64,000 nt of DNA from Synergistetes bacterium HGW-Synergistetes-1 (GTDB lineage: Bacteria > Synergistota > Synergistia > Synergistales > Synergistaceae): the NCBI GenBank assembly GCA_002839185.1, contig PGXO01000004.1:276806-340805 (forward strand), written 5' to 3'. The stretch's first letter is position 1. Every line of letters begins with the position of its first letter. Both the position numbers and the translations under genes were made by a program. Positions 38,004 through 46,761 of this stretch are shown piece by piece. The notes below the pieces were generated by a model. The model was given only the letters and a program-made list of their open reading frames with translations, was not told the DNA's origin and did no database searches.

Positions 38004-38243
38004 TTGAAAAAGGATATACATCCAAAATACGAAACCTGCAAGGTGACCTGCGCCTGCGGCAATACTTTTGAAACCAGGGCTACTACAGGGGACATGAGGG
38101 TCGCGGTATGCAACGCATGTCATCCATTCTACACTGGCAAGAAGGGCCGCGTAATAGAAGCCGGACGACTTGAGAAATTCCGTCAGAAATACGCAGGCGT
38201 GAACTACGGACAGAAGAACGTAACAGAGGGTACAGAAGAATAG
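38004..38243 (+). CDS. rpmE: 50S ribosomal protein L31 (zinc-binding type A)
   Basis: MKKDIHPKY start, CxC ... CxxC cysteines, HPFYTGK. TTG start after ggaggtg. Confidence 0.95.
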   Translation: MKKDIHPKYETCKVTCACGNTFETRATTGDMRVAVCNACHPFYTGKKGRVIEAGRLEKFRQKYAGVNYGQKNVTEGTEE

Positions 38244-38252
38244 CTTTTACCC

Positions 38253-38285
38253 ACGAGGGGAGCGAATCGGCTCCCCTCGTTTTTC
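38253..38285 (+). terminator. Rho-independent terminator of rpmE
   Basis: acgaggggagc-gaatcg-gctcccctcgt-tttt. Confidence 0.85.
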
Positions 38286-38343
38286 TAGTAACTACAGCCT
38301 GTTGTCATATCGATATCCTGTCTGATGAAAGGAGGCTGTCTCC

Positions 38344-39036
38344 TTGCCTATTGAAGTTGAATTGATCGCGAGTACACCTGATGCAGCCAGGATAGTTGCC
38401 GCTGCCGCCAAGATCTGTTACAGCCCCTCAGGAGCTGTGGACATACTTGAAGGACTCGACAGAGAAAAAACGGTCTCTTTTCTTAAAATGCTTCGTGAGT
38501 CAGGGCATCTTTCACCATTTGAGCATATATCTTTCACCTTTGCTGTTGAGGGCATAAGCAGGGTAGCTACCCACCAGCTTGTGAGACACAGACTTGCAAG
38601 CTACTCTCAGCAGAGCCAGAGATATGTTGCCATGTCCGGACAGACATGCATAGTGCCTCCTTCGGTACTGAATAATGAAAAAGCACACGCACTATTCATG
38701 AAACAGATCGAAGATGCGTGGAACTGTTATAAAGAACTGGTCGATCTTGGCATCTCCAAGGAGGACTCCCGTTTTATCCTGCCTCATGGAACTGAGACCA
38801 GGCTTGTGATGACTATGAATGCGCGTGAACTACATCATTTTTTCTCCCTGAGGCTTTGCAGGAGAGCTCAGTGGGAAATAAGGGAACTTGCCCGGAAAAT
38901 GCTCATACTGGCAAGGGATGCTGCCCCTGAAATATTTGATCTGGCCGGACCTTCATGTGTTGTTGAAGGTGTATGCAAAGAGGCCCATTCCTGCAACGAA
39001 CCCTACGAGAACATGGAGAAGATGTTGTCTGAATGA
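38344..39036 (+). CDS. thyX: FAD-dependent thymidylate synthase
   Basis: ThyX signature RHRLASYSQQSQRY. Confidence 0.93.
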   Translation: MPIEVELIASTPDAARIVAAAAKICYSPSGAVDILEGLDREKTVSFLKMLRESGHLSPFEHISFTFAVEGISRVATHQLVRHRLASYSQQSQRYVAMSGQTCIVPPSVLNNEKAHALFMKQIEDAWNCYKELVDLGISKEDSRFILPHGTETRLVMTMNARELHHFFSLRLCRRAQWEIRELARKMLILARDAAPEIFDLAGPSCVVEGVCKEAHSCNEPYENMEKMLSE

Positions 39037-39986
39037 AAATTTATATTGCTTTACAGCGGATAATATTATCCGCTTTTATTGCTGTTCCCAAAAGGATACC
39101 CGTTGGCGGACAGGCGGTTATAGAAGGAGTCCTTATGAAAGGCCCGGAACATTGGGGACTGGCAGTCAGAGAACCGGGCGGTTCTATATGGCTTAAAGCC
39201 TGGCTTGGTTCAGATTGGCTCAAAAATGGCATATGGAAGTATCCAATTATCAGAGGCTTTGCCACCATGGTCGAGATGATGAGGATAGGCATGAGGGCAT
39301 TGTCCATTTCTGCCGAGATCAGTCTCGGCGAAGAGGATAAAATATCGCCTCTTGAGATGGCAGGTGCTATTGCAGTTGCTATATTTGCCGTTGCGGGTCT
39401 TTTTGTTGCGCTGCCGATGCTGGTTTCTGAATATCTGACATTCCTTTTAGGACTTACCCATCTTTCTAAGAATATAATGGAAGGTATCCTCAGGGGAGTA
39501 ATTTTTGTGGGATACGTTGCAATGATAGGGCTTTGGAAAGACATACAGCAGGTATTCGCCTATCATGGAGCGGAACATAAAACGATAAATGCATACGAGA
39601 ATGATGCTGAACTCACGCCTGAAAGTGTAGCAAAATTTTCAAGGATTCACAGGCGCTGCGGTACATCCTTTTTGCTTGTAGTGATCTTTGTAAGCATAAT
39701 AGTATTCTCTGCCATAGGGGGAGGCTCACTTCTGTGGAGGATAGGGAGCAGGGTGCTGTTGCTGCCCTTTGTTATAGGCATATCGTACGAATTTATAAAA
39801 GGAGCCTCAAACTCTGAAACATGGGGCAGATACTGTATAATGCCCGCTCTCTCGCTGCAGTACATAACGACAAGGGAACCGAGGCTGGATCAGATAGAGG
39901 TAGCCCTCGCAGCGCTTGACCTGGCTCTGAACCCGGAAGCTGCCGGACAGGATTCCGGCGGGAGTCAATTGGAAATCGATGGGTAA
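39033..39986 (+). CDS. DUF1385 membrane protein (commonly linked to prfA/prmC)
   Basis: VGGQAVIEGVLMKGP and YHGAEHKTINAYE blocks. ATGA coupling to thyX. The last ~15 codons and the stop codon lie inside the repeat element. Confidence 0.85.
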   Translation: MKIYIALQRIILSAFIAVPKRIPVGGQAVIEGVLMKGPEHWGLAVREPGGSIWLKAWLGSDWLKNGIWKYPIIRGFATMVEMMRIGMRALSISAEISLGEEDKISPLEMAGAIAVAIFAVAGLFVALPMLVSEYLTFLLGLTHLSKNIMEGILRGVIFVGYVAMIGLWKDIQQVFAYHGAEHKTINAYENDAELTPESVAKFSRIHRRCGTSFLLVVIFVSIIVFSAIGGGSLLWRIGSRVLLLPFVIGISYEFIKGASNSETWGRYCIMPALSLQYITTREPRLDQIEVALAALDLALNPEAAGQDSGGSQLEIDG

Positions 39987-40200
39987 TCGGTTGGGAGTCA
40001 ATTGGTAAGACCTGTGGCATAGACCGCGCCACGGCAGTCGGTTGGCAATCAATTGTAAATCGGTTGGAAGTCAATTGGTAAGATTTTAGGATTACACAAC
40101 TGATTTGCAATTGATTCCCAATTGATCACCAATAGATTCTTGTGGCACAGCTATTGCCGCAGCCCCTCCCAATTGATTTGCAACCGATTACCGCGGCAGC
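39942..40200. repeat. Foldback element overlapping the 3' end of the DUF1385 gene
   Basis: The hairpin gccggacaggattccggc followed by gggagtcaattggaaatcgatgggtaatcggttggg parallels 32441-32480. Centre and right arm are near-identical to 21563-21700. Confidence 0.85.
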
Positions 40201-40261
40201 ACAGCTGCAGCTTTATGCAGGAATAATTATCCTGCAACTTAAACAGGTGGTGTGATCTTAG

Positions 40262-41335
40262 ATGGAATTAATGGATAAGCTTAGAGAGATCGAAAAAAGT
40301 TATAAAGAGATCGAGGCGCGTATGGCAGACCCTGATGTGGCAAACGATCAACAGGAGATGCAGTCTCTTGGAAAGAAACATGTTGATCTTTCGAAGATCG
40401 TTGATGCTTTTATGAAGTATGAGTCAGTTCTTAAAGGAATAGATGACGCTAAGGAAATGATCGCTGCAGATGACAAAGAAATGGCAGAGCTTGCCAAAGA
40501 AGAGCTCGCCCTTCTTGAAGCACAGGTCGATGATCTGGAGAAGAATATACAGGTGCTCCTTCTCCCCAAGGACCTCAATGACGACAGGAGCGTCATCATT
40601 GAGATAAGAGGCGGAGCAGGAGGAGACGAGGCAGCACTATTTGCTGCGAACCTCTTCCGCATGTACACAAGATTTGCTGAACGTGAGAGATGGAAGACTG
40701 AGATAATTTCCGGAAGCGAGACCGGCATAGGCGGATACAAGGAAATAGTATTCAGGATCGACGGTGTAGGCGCATACAGCAGTCTGAAGTTCGAAAGCGG
40801 CGTCCACAGAGTACAGCGCGTCCCGGAGACAGAGGCAAGCGGCCGCATACATACCTCTACTGCAACTGTTGCAGTTCTGCCCGAAGCTCAGGATGTTGAT
40901 ATAGAAATTCGAACGGAGGATCTCAGGATCGATACATACCGCTCAAGCGGAGCAGGTGGACAGCACGTCAACATGACAGATTCAGCCGTCAGGATAACCC
41001 ACCTTCCATCAGGAATAGTTGTTACCTGCCAGGACGAAAGATCCCAGATCAAGAACAGGGCAAAAGCGATGCAATTCCTCAGGACGAAGCTCTATGATGC
41101 CGAACTTCAGAGACAGAATGACGTAATGGCCGCGGAAAGAAAGGGCCAGGTCGGCACAGGCGATCGCTCAGAGCGCATCAGGACCTATAATTATCCTCAG
41201 AACAGAATATCGGACCATAGAATAAACCTTACTCTCTACAAACTGGATCAAATTTTGGATGGAGATATATATGAGCTGATCCGTGCCCTTTCTGATGCGG
41301 ATCAGGCAGAAAAACTCAAAATGCTCACTGTTTAA
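40262..41335 (+). CDS. prfA: Peptide chain release factor 1
   Basis: GGQ motif ([10 protein letters not shown]). RF1-type tripeptide region RVPETE (P-x-T). Confidence 0.95.
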   Translation: MELMDKLREIEKSYKEIEARMADPDVANDQQEMQSLGKKHVDLSKIVDAFMKYESVLKGIDDAKEMIAADDKEMAELAKEELALLEAQVDDLEKNIQVLLLPKDLNDDRSVIIEIRGGAGGDEAALFAANLFRMYTRFAERERWKTEIISGSETGIGGYKEIVFRIDGVGAYSSLKFESGVHRVQRVPETEASGRIHTSTATVAVLPEAQDVDIEIRTEDLRIDTYRSSGAGGQHVNMTDSAVRITHLPSGIVVTCQDERSQIKNRAKAMQFLRTKLYDAELQRQNDVMAAERKGQVGTGDRSERIRTYNYPQNRISDHRINLTLYKLDQILDGDIYELIRALSDADQAEKLKMLTV

Positions 41336-41345
41336 GGTGTGAAAT

Positions 41346-42191
41346 TTGAAACTCTCCGAACTTCGTTCCGAATGTGTTGGTATACTTCTGAGGGAAGGAA
41401 TAGAGAGGCCCTTCTATGCTGTTGATCTCATAATATCAAAAGTTCTTGATATTGAGAGAGCTCTCTTGATAACAAAAGGAGAAATGGCAATTCCCGCGCA
41501 GAAATGTGTGGGAATTTTGTCTATGACAGAAATGCGTTCTAAGAGAGTGCCGCTCTCATATATATTGGGGGAGGCAGAATTCTACGGCAGACCGTTTGAA
41601 GTTGGTGAAGGCTGCCTCATACCTCGGCCGGAAACGGAATTACTGGTCGAAGAAATGCTGAGAGCCTGTCCTGATGCTTCAATGTTCGCTGACTGGTGTA
41701 CGGGAAGCGGATGCATTGGTTTAACATTGCTTCTGGAAAATAACAACTTATTTGGCTACGGTATAGACTCAAGTCAAGAAGCTTTAAATTGGGCAGTTAT
41801 AAATACCAATAAATACAAATTGAAATCAAGATTTAATTTGATATTGAATTCTAACCCTTCTGTTTGCGGCATAGTGCCCGGATCGCTTGATTTCATAGTT
41901 GCCAATCCACCTTATATTCCTTCCAAAGATGTTGAAGGGCTAATGTCAGACGTAAAGGATCACGAACCCATTGAGGCTCTTGACGGGGGAGAGGACGGAG
42001 CAGACTTGTACAGGCTCTTTTTTATTCATTTACCCGGATTGCTCAAAGATGGAGGTTCAATAGGATTTGAGATAGCAGGAGACGATCAGGCGAAGACCCT
42101 TTTGTCGATAGCTCCGTCGAATTTTGTTCTTACGAACAGGATATTTGATTATAATGGCATATTAAGACACCTGACGTGGAAAAAGAATTAA
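41346..42191 (+). CDS. prmC: Release factor glutamine N5-methyltransferase
   Basis: VANPPYIP motif, SAM-binding DWCTGSGCIG, position after prfA. Confidence 0.9.
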   Translation: MKLSELRSECVGILLREGIERPFYAVDLIISKVLDIERALLITKGEMAIPAQKCVGILSMTEMRSKRVPLSYILGEAEFYGRPFEVGEGCLIPRPETELLVEEMLRACPDASMFADWCTGSGCIGLTLLLENNNLFGYGIDSSQEALNWAVINTNKYKLKSRFNLILNSNPSVCGIVPGSLDFIVANPPYIPSKDVEGLMSDVKDHEPIEALDGGEDGADLYRLFFIHLPGLLKDGGSIGFEIAGDDQAKTLLSIAPSNFVLTNRIFDYNGILRHLTWKKN

Positions 42192-42254
42192 AGATAGTAT
42201 AGAATTCTGAAAGTTATATCAGACAAATAATATTTTCGTGAAGGAGCGTTTTTT

Positions 42255-43451
42255 ATGGAAAAAAGAGAACTTGTCATAATTGGAGCGGGACCCGCAGGTC
42301 TCACCTCAGCGATTTACGGCCGCCGCGCCGGCCTTGATGTGCTGCTTCTCGAGAAAGGCATCCCTGGAGGTCAGATCAACATCACTGACGAGATAGAAAA
42401 CTGGCCCGGTGTTATACATTCATCTGGTTCAGATCTTGGTGTTTCCTTTAGGAAGCATGCCGAACATTTTAAAACAGAATTCAGGGACTGCACAGTTTCA
42501 GGAATCGAAATCCGGAACGGAAGCAAGATTGTTTTGACGGATAAAGGCGAAGTTGAAGCCGAAGCGATAATCCTTGCCACAGGAGCAAGCTTCCGCAAGC
42601 TCGGCTGCAAAGGCGAAGCCGAGTTTACAGGCGGCGGAGTAAGTTACTGTGCTGTCTGCGATGCTGCATTTTTTGAAGACGAAACGATTGCGGTAATAGG
42701 CGGAGGAAATGTCGCGGTAGAAGAGGCAGGTTACCTTACCCGCTTTGCATCAAAGGTATATATAATCCACAGACGCGATGAATTCCGCGCGGACAGGCTC
42801 GCGATAGAGCAGGCTCTCTCAAATCCCAAGATCGAACCGATCTGGAACTCCGTTGTTGAATCCATCGAGGGTGAAGGGCTTGTCGAAAAATTAGTGTTGA
42901 AGAACGTCAAAACAGGAGAGGTCTCAGATCTTCCTGTTGCAGGAGTATTCATTTTTGTTGGCACTGAGCCTAACGTATCCTATCTTGGCGAGCCTGGGTC
43001 TGTAGTAAAACAGACAAGAGGCGGCTGGATAGACACTAATGACAAAATGGAGACATCTGTCGAGGGAATATTTGCTGCCGGTGACATCCGTGAAAAGTAC
43101 CTGCGCCAGGTCGTCACTGCTGCAGGTGACGGCGCTGTTGCCTCCATGGCTGCATATTCCTACATTACGGAACAGCTCCACCTCCGTTCTGTGCTGATCG
43201 ACCCAGAACATGTCTACGCCCTTCTGACGTCGAGCATCGACCAGGATCAGATCAACCTTCAGGTCGAAGCTGAAAAATATGCTAAGGAAAGCGGAGTCAA
43301 GATCGCACTTATTGATGGATATAGAAACGCAAGGATGGTCGAAAAACTGGGTATCAAAGAACTTCCGGCGCTTCTTGAACTCAAGAAAGGCGAGATCGTC
43401 CGCTCTGCCAAGCCTGATAATATGGAAGCAGTCAAAGAGTTCCTTAAGTAA
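42255..43451 (+). CDS. trxB: Thioredoxin-disulfide reductase with an ~85-aa C-terminal Cys-less thioredoxin-fold-like extension
   Basis: GAGPAG FAD motif, redox CAVC, NADPH motif HRRDEFRA, GDIRE. The protein continues ~85 aa past the usual TrxB C-terminus. Confidence 0.9.
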   Translation: MEKRELVIIGAGPAGLTSAIYGRRAGLDVLLLEKGIPGGQINITDEIENWPGVIHSSGSDLGVSFRKHAEHFKTEFRDCTVSGIEIRNGSKIVLTDKGEVEAEAIILATGASFRKLGCKGEAEFTGGGVSYCAVCDAAFFEDETIAVIGGGNVAVEEAGYLTRFASKVYIIHRRDEFRADRLAIEQALSNPKIEPIWNSVVESIEGEGLVEKLVLKNVKTGEVSDLPVAGVFIFVGTEPNVSYLGEPGSVVKQTRGGWIDTNDKMETSVEGIFAAGDIREKYLRQVVTAAGDGAVASMAAYSYITEQLHLRSVLIDPEHVYALLTSSIDQDQINLQVEAEKYAKESGVKIALIDGYRNARMVEKLGIKELPALLELKKGEIVRSAKPDNMEAVKEFLK

Positions 43452-43480
43452 GTCCCGGCGGCCGTAAGGGCCATCCGCCG

Positions 43481-43860
43481 GGGAAATTGCAGCCTCAAGG
43501 CTGCGGGGGATTCGCGACATTCGTCGCTGGTGAATTTGCGGCAATGTTTATGCCGCGGTGAATTGGTCCTTAAAGATCAAGCCTTCATTCTCCGGCGGAT
43601 GAAACGCCCGCCAAATTCACCGCAGCTTGATCTTTGCTGCAACTTCCTCACGAGTGTATTTCTCGTAATTTATCCGTGGTTTGAAAAGCCACAAATCTTT
43701 CATTCACCGCAGCTTAAAAAGCTGCAGATTCACCGTGGCATGATACTCGCCGCAAATTCTCCGTCGCGTACACACGACAAATTCTCCGCGGCTTCAAAGC
43801 CGCAATTCCCCACAGCAATATATTGCAGTAATTCCCCCAATTGTTTCATTAGAAACGAAC
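43481..43860. repeat. Longest GAATTC-box / mini-hairpin array (about 4 left boxes, about 10 right boxes)
   Basis: Right-half boxes: aaattcaccgc, cattcaccgc, agattcaccg, aaattctccg (x2), aattccccac. Each is followed by a different 12-18-nt palindrome (gcagcttaaaaagctgc, gtcgcgtacacacgac, gcggcttcaaagccgc, gcaatatattgc ...). Confidence 0.8.
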
Positions 43861-43904
43861 AGCTAGAATAAACAAATGTCATAACAACTCCAGGGGGAAA
43901 CTTA

Positions 43905-45119
43905 ATGAAGAAGTTCCTGATGCTGATTTTCGCTGTCCTAATGATATCTGCTGTCTTTATTTCTCAGAGCCCAGCCTCTGATAAAGACCTGACCTCTGAT
44001 GATATCAGAGAAAAGGAACAAAGGATTACAAAAAACATATCAGAACAGGTAGAGAAGCAGATCCCCCGGGTCAGGGACCCTGAAATTGAGAACAGACTTT
44101 CATATCTTACTGCAAGGATCTCACCGCATATGGGAAGGGATCTTAATTACGAAGTTCGTATAATAAAAAGAAATGACCCTCATGCCTTTTCCCTGCCCGG
44201 AGGACTGACATACATAACGACAGGAATGCTTAAATTTCTTAAAAGTGAAGATGAGATAGCCGCAGTCCTTGCGCGTGAATTTACCCACTCTGATCTTTCT
44301 CATTGGCTTGTCCAGTCATCCCGGAATGAGAAGATAGATTTTCAAACCATGGCAGAAGTTGCTGCGGCGACTCAAAGTGGCAAGGTGGCAGGTAACATGG
44401 TCAGAGCATATCTCAACAGGGCTGTCATTAACTTTTATGACATAGACCTGGAAAAAGAGACAGATCTTAAGGTTCTTGATGTCATTGAAAAAGCAGGAAA
44501 TAATAAGGCAGCCCTGCTGACATTTCTGGAGCGGATGAGGATGGAAAGACTCAAACAGATTTATGTAAGAGGCATAGACATTAAGTACAAGAGCGGATTC
44601 AAACCATTGGAGACAGTAATGGAAACGATGAAATTCCTGAAGAGAAATGACGAGAAAAGACTGACTGACCCTGTCCAGACAGATATGATCCAGGCCAATA
44701 CAGACATGGAAGAAAGAGTGGCGCTATTATTACAGTACTTTAAAGAGAACAACATAGATATAAAAAGAAAGAGTGTACTGAACATACTTCGGGTAAGTAC
44801 TAAGGATCATTTAGGCCGGATAATCCTAAGTATTGACAACACGGAGGTTATGAGTGCAGAGAAGAACGACAGGACTGATAACATATTCGAAGTATTCAAA
44901 TCCAGAATTGACAGAGACCTGCAACTTGAGACAGCCCCATATGACATACAGGTGCAAAATATACTTGGCACCAAAGCGATTTTGATCTCAGGCAGACCTC
45001 TGCTTTACGAGAAAGACCTCACCGATGGAATGCCGAACCTTTTTTATATAAGGGCCCATATAATAAAGGCCCTTACAAAGGCGAGAAGAGAGAATTTTTT
45101 GACGGATTATTACGAATAA
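43905..45119 (+). CDS. M48-family peptidase paralogue with a degenerate zinc site (REFTH instead of HExxH); secreted or periplasmic
   Basis: Signal peptide. Alignable to the downstream paralogue (FSLPGGLTYITTGMLKFLKSEDE). First zinc-ligand His replaced by Arg; EKETD replaces EKEAD. Confidence 0.8.
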   Translation: MKKFLMLIFAVLMISAVFISQSPASDKDLTSDDIREKEQRITKNISEQVEKQIPRVRDPEIENRLSYLTARISPHMGRDLNYEVRIIKRNDPHAFSLPGGLTYITTGMLKFLKSEDEIAAVLAREFTHSDLSHWLVQSSRNEKIDFQTMAEVAAATQSGKVAGNMVRAYLNRAVINFYDIDLEKETDLKVLDVIEKAGNNKAALLTFLERMRMERLKQIYVRGIDIKYKSGFKPLETVMETMKFLKRNDEKRLTDPVQTDMIQANTDMEERVALLLQYFKENNIDIKRKSVLNILRVSTKDHLGRIILSIDNTEVMSAEKNDRTDNIFEVFKSRIDRDLQLETAPYDIQVQNILGTKAILISGRPLLYEKDLTDGMPNLFYIRAHIIKALTKARRENFLTDYYE

Positions 45120-45125
45120 TAATAC

Positions 45126-45505
45126 AGCTGAGCAATGGCTGAGCAGTAGCTAAGCAGTAGCTGAGCGGTCGTAAAGGCAGGCGGGATAACCGCAGGCGGA
45201 GAATTGCGGTCCAAGGCCTCGGAGGTTCAAAATCACTGTCGTTCCAGAATGATCCAATCGGGAATCCAGCGGCTTAGAACTTAGGTTATTACAGGCATTT
45301 AAAGATTTAAACAAAAGAAACTGGATCACCGCTCACGGCCAGAGAGCCAACGAGTTGCGAGTTGCGCGAATCGGCTGGTAGTTACACCAGAGGTATACGT
45401 GGATTACGGAGATAGAAGCATAGCTGGATGACTCGGTAAAAGATTTTTAAGTTTCTACAACTGCTCAGCGATCGCTCAGCCATTGCTCAGCAACAGCTCA
45501 GCCGA
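45126..45505. repeat. Composite element: GCTGAGC left arm (45126-45170), one GAATTG box, MITE-like core copy 4 plus a conserved 59-nt module, GCTCAGC right arm (45461-45505)
   Basis: Left: agctgagcaat ggctgagcagt agctaagcagt agctgagcggtc. Right: ctgctcagcgat cgctcagccatt gctcagcaac agctcagccgat. Core 45237-45340 is alignable to 3376-3470. Confidence 0.8.
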
Positions 45506-45553
45506 TTTTTACAACTGCAATCGCTGTTCCACCATCGTTCAAGGGGGGATAAG

Positions 45554-46663
45554 ATGTTGAGAAGATCTTTTCTTTTTATCATGGCAGTTTTTTCGCTGCT
45601 CCTCCTGTGTACTGCACAGTCATTCGCAGCTGCCTCCCCAGAGCCTACGGATAAGACCATCTCAAGAGAGATAAAGATAGGGAAGAAGACAGCCGAGCAG
45701 GTCGAGAAGGAAATACCGCGCGTTCATGACCCATCTCGAGAGGCAAAACTTGCGATGATCGCAAACAAGTTGACGCCTTATCTTCAGAGAGATCTTCAGT
45801 ACTACGTGAAGATCCTGGAGATGAAGGATCCAAACGCTTTTTCACTTCCGGGAGGGTTTACTTACATTACTACTGGAATGCTTGATTTCCTTAAGAGCGA
45901 GGATGAGACAGCAGCGATACTGGCTCACGAATTCGTACACGCCGACAGAGCACATGGCATAATTCAGGCTGCGCGGAACAACAGGCTCAATCTGCTGACA
46001 CTGGCAGGAATGATAGCTGCGACCCAGGGCGGAGGAATGGCTGCCGCAATGCTGTCAAGCGCTATTCAGACTGCGATAATGGGAGCATACAGTATAGAGC
46101 TTGAAAAAGAGGCCGATGCAAGAGGAATAGACATAATGTACAAAGCCGGCTATAACCCGGCAGCAATGCTTACAACGATGGAACGCCTCCAGGTCGAACG
46201 TATGAAAAGAGCTTATGTAGATCCGGGAATATTCCAGACCCACCCTGAAGTCGAAGAGAGGGTAAAAGCAGCCCTTAAGTATATGAAAGACAATGGAATA
46301 GAGGTCGACAGAAAGGATGTTGTCCAGAGACTTAAGACCGAGGTCTCAGTTAAGGATGGCAGGGCAGTTTTGATCATTGATAGTAAAACATTTGTTGACT
46401 TGCCTGAAGGTGATAGATCAATTAAATTTCTAAACGAGCTCAAAAGACGGCTAGACGATAACCTTGCGCTGGAACTTGCTCCATATGATGTGACAGTTCA
46501 TGGTGACCCGGGAGATCAGACTCTTATCATCAAGGGCAAGGTAATATTGAGTGAAAATGAAATGCCGGAAGAAATGCCCTCAATACCTGAAATAAGAGAT
46601 AGAGTGATCACGACGCTTGCTGATGCAAGAAGGGATAACCCGTTGGCAGATTACTACGAATAG
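45554..46663 (+). CDS. M48-family zinc metallopeptidase (intact HEFVH ... EKEAD), secreted or periplasmic
   Basis: Signal peptide, HEFVHADRAH, ELEKEADARG. Confidence 0.88.
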   Translation: MLRRSFLFIMAVFSLLLLCTAQSFAAASPEPTDKTISREIKIGKKTAEQVEKEIPRVHDPSREAKLAMIANKLTPYLQRDLQYYVKILEMKDPNAFSLPGGFTYITTGMLDFLKSEDETAAILAHEFVHADRAHGIIQAARNNRLNLLTLAGMIAATQGGGMAAAMLSSAIQTAIMGAYSIELEKEADARGIDIMYKAGYNPAAMLTTMERLQVERMKRAYVDPGIFQTHPEVEERVKAALKYMKDNGIEVDRKDVVQRLKTEVSVKDGRAVLIIDSKTFVDLPEGDRSIKFLNELKRRLDDNLALELAPYDVTVHGDPGDQTLIIKGKVILSENEMPEEMPSIPEIRDRVITTLADARRDNPLADYYE

Positions 46664-46761
46664 CCTGATGATCATAGGATCTTTATATTTACTCACACAA
46701 ACTGAGGTCAATAATTCTTGTTCTTCCTGTAAAATAGATAGAGCTGAATAGGAGGGGTAGA

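Noticed and set aside
43481-43860. Possible CRISPR array (regular repeat/insert alternation); also considered for 32489-32736
   Set aside because: The repeats are only 10-13 nt (or a 62-nt unit with no unique spacers). The inserts are 12-18-nt palindromes rather than 30-40-nt spacers. The two halves are inverted relative to each other. No cas genes or leader are present.
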